A stretch of DNA of 64,000 nucleotides, taken from the human T2T-CHM13v2.0 reference genome, Homo sapiens. Below the pieces are notes generated by a model, which made no database searches, was not told where the DNA came from, and worked only from the letters and a program-made list of their open reading frames with translations. Numbering within the stretch: position 1 is the stretch's first letter; every line of letters starts with the position of its first letter. Below are positions 60,455 to 64,000 of the stretch, one piece after another. Location of the stretch: NCBI RefSeq assembly GCF_009914755.1, contig NC_060932.1. One strand, given 5' to 3'. A program made the translations under genes and the position numbers.

Positions 60455-60730
60455 ACTCAGACTTCAGGTTTTGGATTCTATCTGAATTCCAAATTGGCTG
60501 AATAACACAGGGCAATTGCTTTACATAACTTCATTGTCATTCGGTTTGCTCATAGGGATAATAATATTATAATCCTTACCTAATAGCCATTACTTTCAAT
60601 GGTAAAAACCGCAATTATTTTGCGCCAACCTAATAGCACCCACCTAATTGGTTTTTTTCTAATGATTAAATGCGATAATACATATAAATTGTTTAGATGA
60701 GTGACTGGAATAATTGCTCAATAAAAAGAA
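60455..60730 (+). mobile_element. MIR interrupted by a MADE1 fragment
   Basis: 'gggcaattgctttac' and 'tgattaaatgcgataatacatataaa..gtttaga'. Confidence 0.55.
60586..60633. mobile_element. MADE1 (Hsmar1 mariner MITE), one TIR plus spacer
   Basis: 'gccattactttcaatggtaaaaaccgcaattattttgcgccaacctaa' matches the MADE1 centre and right TIR, followed by TA. Confidence 0.85.
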
Positions 60731-62440
60731 GCTTTTCATTACTAAGTCCTTATTCTCTACCAGGAACTACTTTGCATCAGTCGAAGGACCGTGACTTACA
60801 CATTTTGGTGTTATCCATGTTGTATTGCTGTAGCAATTCAATAAATGTTGAATAAATGAGCTGAAATTTTCAGATACCAATGATTAAGAAATGATTCTGA
60901 AATTTTCCACTTGATTCACTACTCATAATATAGAGAAATTAGGTTGAAAAGAGGATTATAGTTATATTGCTTGTGCTGCTAGCACTTCATTTAATTTGAG
61001 AAAATTATTAATCATTTTGAAATATCAAAATAAATGAGCACAAATGAGCATGTGGTTGAATAATTGTAATTCCTACCTAATATTTATTAAACACTGATTT
61101 TCAAGCCAGGCATTACATTAGACTTTAGCGAGGCAAAGATGAGCCAGACAAGATTTCTACCTTCATGAAACTTACAGTCTTCATGTTACAGGTCAGGTAA
61201 AAGAAAGCTGCCGAGCTGGGGAAAACGGATGTTGTGCCATTAAATAAATGAGGAAAAGGTACAATGTAAGGCATTTGTCTTCAGAATGCCTCATCATTCA
61301 TTGCATGTGGAAAAGTTTTTTTTTAAAATATATAAAATGACATTCACTAATTGATAATAAATGTGACATGTTAGAATGTCTAAAGATTAAAAAGTTTCAT
61401 CTATCATTTTTATACTAATAAAAACAAAAAAACAGAAAGACAGGATTCCCCAAGGATCTTACATGCCCATCATTTTGCAAGCAGAGAAACTGACCGCCTG
61501 AGTTACTAAACAAGTCAGGCAGAGTTTAAACACCTCTCCCAATACCTTCTTCCCTCTAAGGACTTCAGTTGGTCACTATGTCAGCCAGTAACTGCCACTG
61601 CTTCAAACACTTTTCCTCCTTTATTGAGAGCTCACCCACAGAGACCCGGGCAGGCAAAGGCAGAGTTCACCTTTGCTTTCATCCTTGGCTGTGTCACGTA
61701 CCTGTGCAAGCGGAATCCCCAGTTAGAGTGATCCCTGAGGCCAAGGAGTTCTATTACACAGCAGCAAGAATTGGTCAGCTATTTGCTCCTGGGAAAATCC
61801 TACTGCTGTGACTAATAAGTATTTCAAAAGAAATAAATGAGCATGTCATTCATTCTATGATTACAGGATGAGTTGCAAGGGAGTTGCTGGCCAGCAGGCC
61901 CTTTACCTAACCCTCAGTTACAGAGTTCTTTCCCTAAATAGTACAAATTGTCCCAAGACGGGATTAAATCCTTCTTCAGCCACTATCATGGCAAATCTGG
62001 TGGAGGATCACAGCATACGGTTAGACAAAGGGAATCTTTGTTACATTTAGTGGGAAAGAAGGTGGTATTTGTGCCACTCAAGTCAACAGAAAAAGTAGTT
62101 ATATTTTATTATATTCTAATTATGTAAGCTATAATTATAATTACAATTTCATGGGCAATACATGCAATGATCGTTCTTCACAGAATTACATGCAAGAAGG
62201 CATATTGTATCATGTTCTCTCCAAATTGGGATATGCAATCATTACTTACCACCACCAGCATTGCTATCATTGCAAAACAAAAAACATAAAAATGTATGAC
62301 CATAGCATTAGTGATTTCTTCTCACCAATATCTGGGACTTTGTATATCCTAGCTCTTCCTCAAAGTCAAGGTTGTCTATGACATCATCTGTGGAAATTTC
62401 CCTGGAAATGACCCCATTCTTTGAACTTTCCCAGCATGTA

Positions 62441-62793
<353 letters not shown>

Positions 62794-64000
62794 TAGATAT
62801 TTACAACCTTATTTAACTTTATATAATGAATAAAATTTTCTGGAAGTTTAGATTGATGTGTAATTTACCCCAGTATAAATGATTTCTTTATGTTAGGTAT
62901 TCAGTAGATACACTTTTGATGAATGAAGAAAAGGGGAAGTTTAACGACAACCAGTGTATTGTTTTCACTCTATTAGTTAAGTTGTATTTTAAAATAAGCC
63001 CCCTATTTTTAATATAATTAACGTATTATTAGTGTCTATATGTGTTCTACCAGCTTTTTCTTAGTGGAGCAAGACTGCCTAAGCATTGTGTCAGAAATAA
63101 CATACAGAAGCCAGCAACAAGTAGCATGGTGTTGTCTTCAGAGTTTTTATAGACCCACCTCCTAATGGTCCATTGGGCCTCATCTTGATGTTTCCATCAT
63201 TGGTTTCTTCATTCTCATTTGTTATACTCCAGTTCTCAAAATTTTGAATAGAATTGTCTAGTCTTGTCACAGTCTCTCTTTGTACTGATGATTCCTTTGT
63301 GCTTATTTACCTTTCAACCTTCAGCTCTTTTGCTTGTGACATAGCCATAGCTCTAGACAAGAGATACTCTTTCGAACAACCCTAACTCTGGGGGTGGAGG
63401 CTTGGTAAAATTTCCATGTCAACATCTTTTCTGCCAATGAAAAGGAATTAAACATACATATAAAAAGTTTGATTTATGTTATTGTTACCAAATATGTAAA
63501 ATATCTATATATTTATTTCTACTTTATACACTGCCTACTTTCAAAAGTACAATTAAAATAAGAGAACGTTAGAATACACAGACAAGCAATTTAGTTTTAT
63601 GCTACACTTTATGCTAGTGCAGTTATTCAGACTGATCCTTAAGATTAGTTTTGACTCCCAAGGTAAAAAGGAAAGAAAATATCGTGGTTCATATAATTAG
63701 CAGATTGAAAAAAACATAATTTTTTCATTTAGATAAACATTTTTTCTATTTCTAAATTCAAATAGGATTATAAATCTTCATGTGAGAGACGCTGATAAAA
63801 ATACATTTAATAATGATTTTATAGAAGACAAAAAATTTTTCTTAATGCATTTATGACTGTAGAAGTCAATGATATTATGCTAATGCCTAACTGAATGAAG
63901 ACAACTGGTAATGACCTAAAAATTATAGACATTTCTGGTGCTCAAATTCATATGGATATAGATGGAAAATCTGTAAAAACCAATGACTAGTATGTCTGGT

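Overview
This is a primate (human or ape-like, since AluY, L1PA and MLT2A are present), AT-rich, non-coding window. It most likely lies inside one very long intron of a + strand gene: the window opens with a perfect donor (CAG|GTAAGT), and most L1 sequence is antisense. I can support no intact protein-coding gene, RNA gene, CRISPR array or prokaryotic system. The listed ORFs are Alu, L1 or LTR remnants, or chance frames. Roughly 2.6-36 kb is nested retroelements. These include a four-level Russian doll (old L1M > full-length MaLR > near-full-length L1PB > MSTA fragment and AluY), a HERV-L remnant with a dUTPase fossil, and a twin-primed inverted L1PA. From 36 to 64 kb there are scattered MIR, L2, MER, MLT and Alu copies. 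The two most interesting non-routine signals are (i) a ~4.9 kb transposon-free island at ~40.3-45.1 kb holding two strong + strand acceptors that define in-frame candidate cryptic or poison exons, plus a recursive-splice-like site, and (ii) several locally templated insertion and hairpin scars (7.5, 33.7, 45.15, 46.8 and 60.6 kb) resembling template-switch or Pol-theta-type repair. Subfamily names come from recalled consensus motifs and need RepeatMasker/Dfam confirmation. Boundaries of old elements are approximate.
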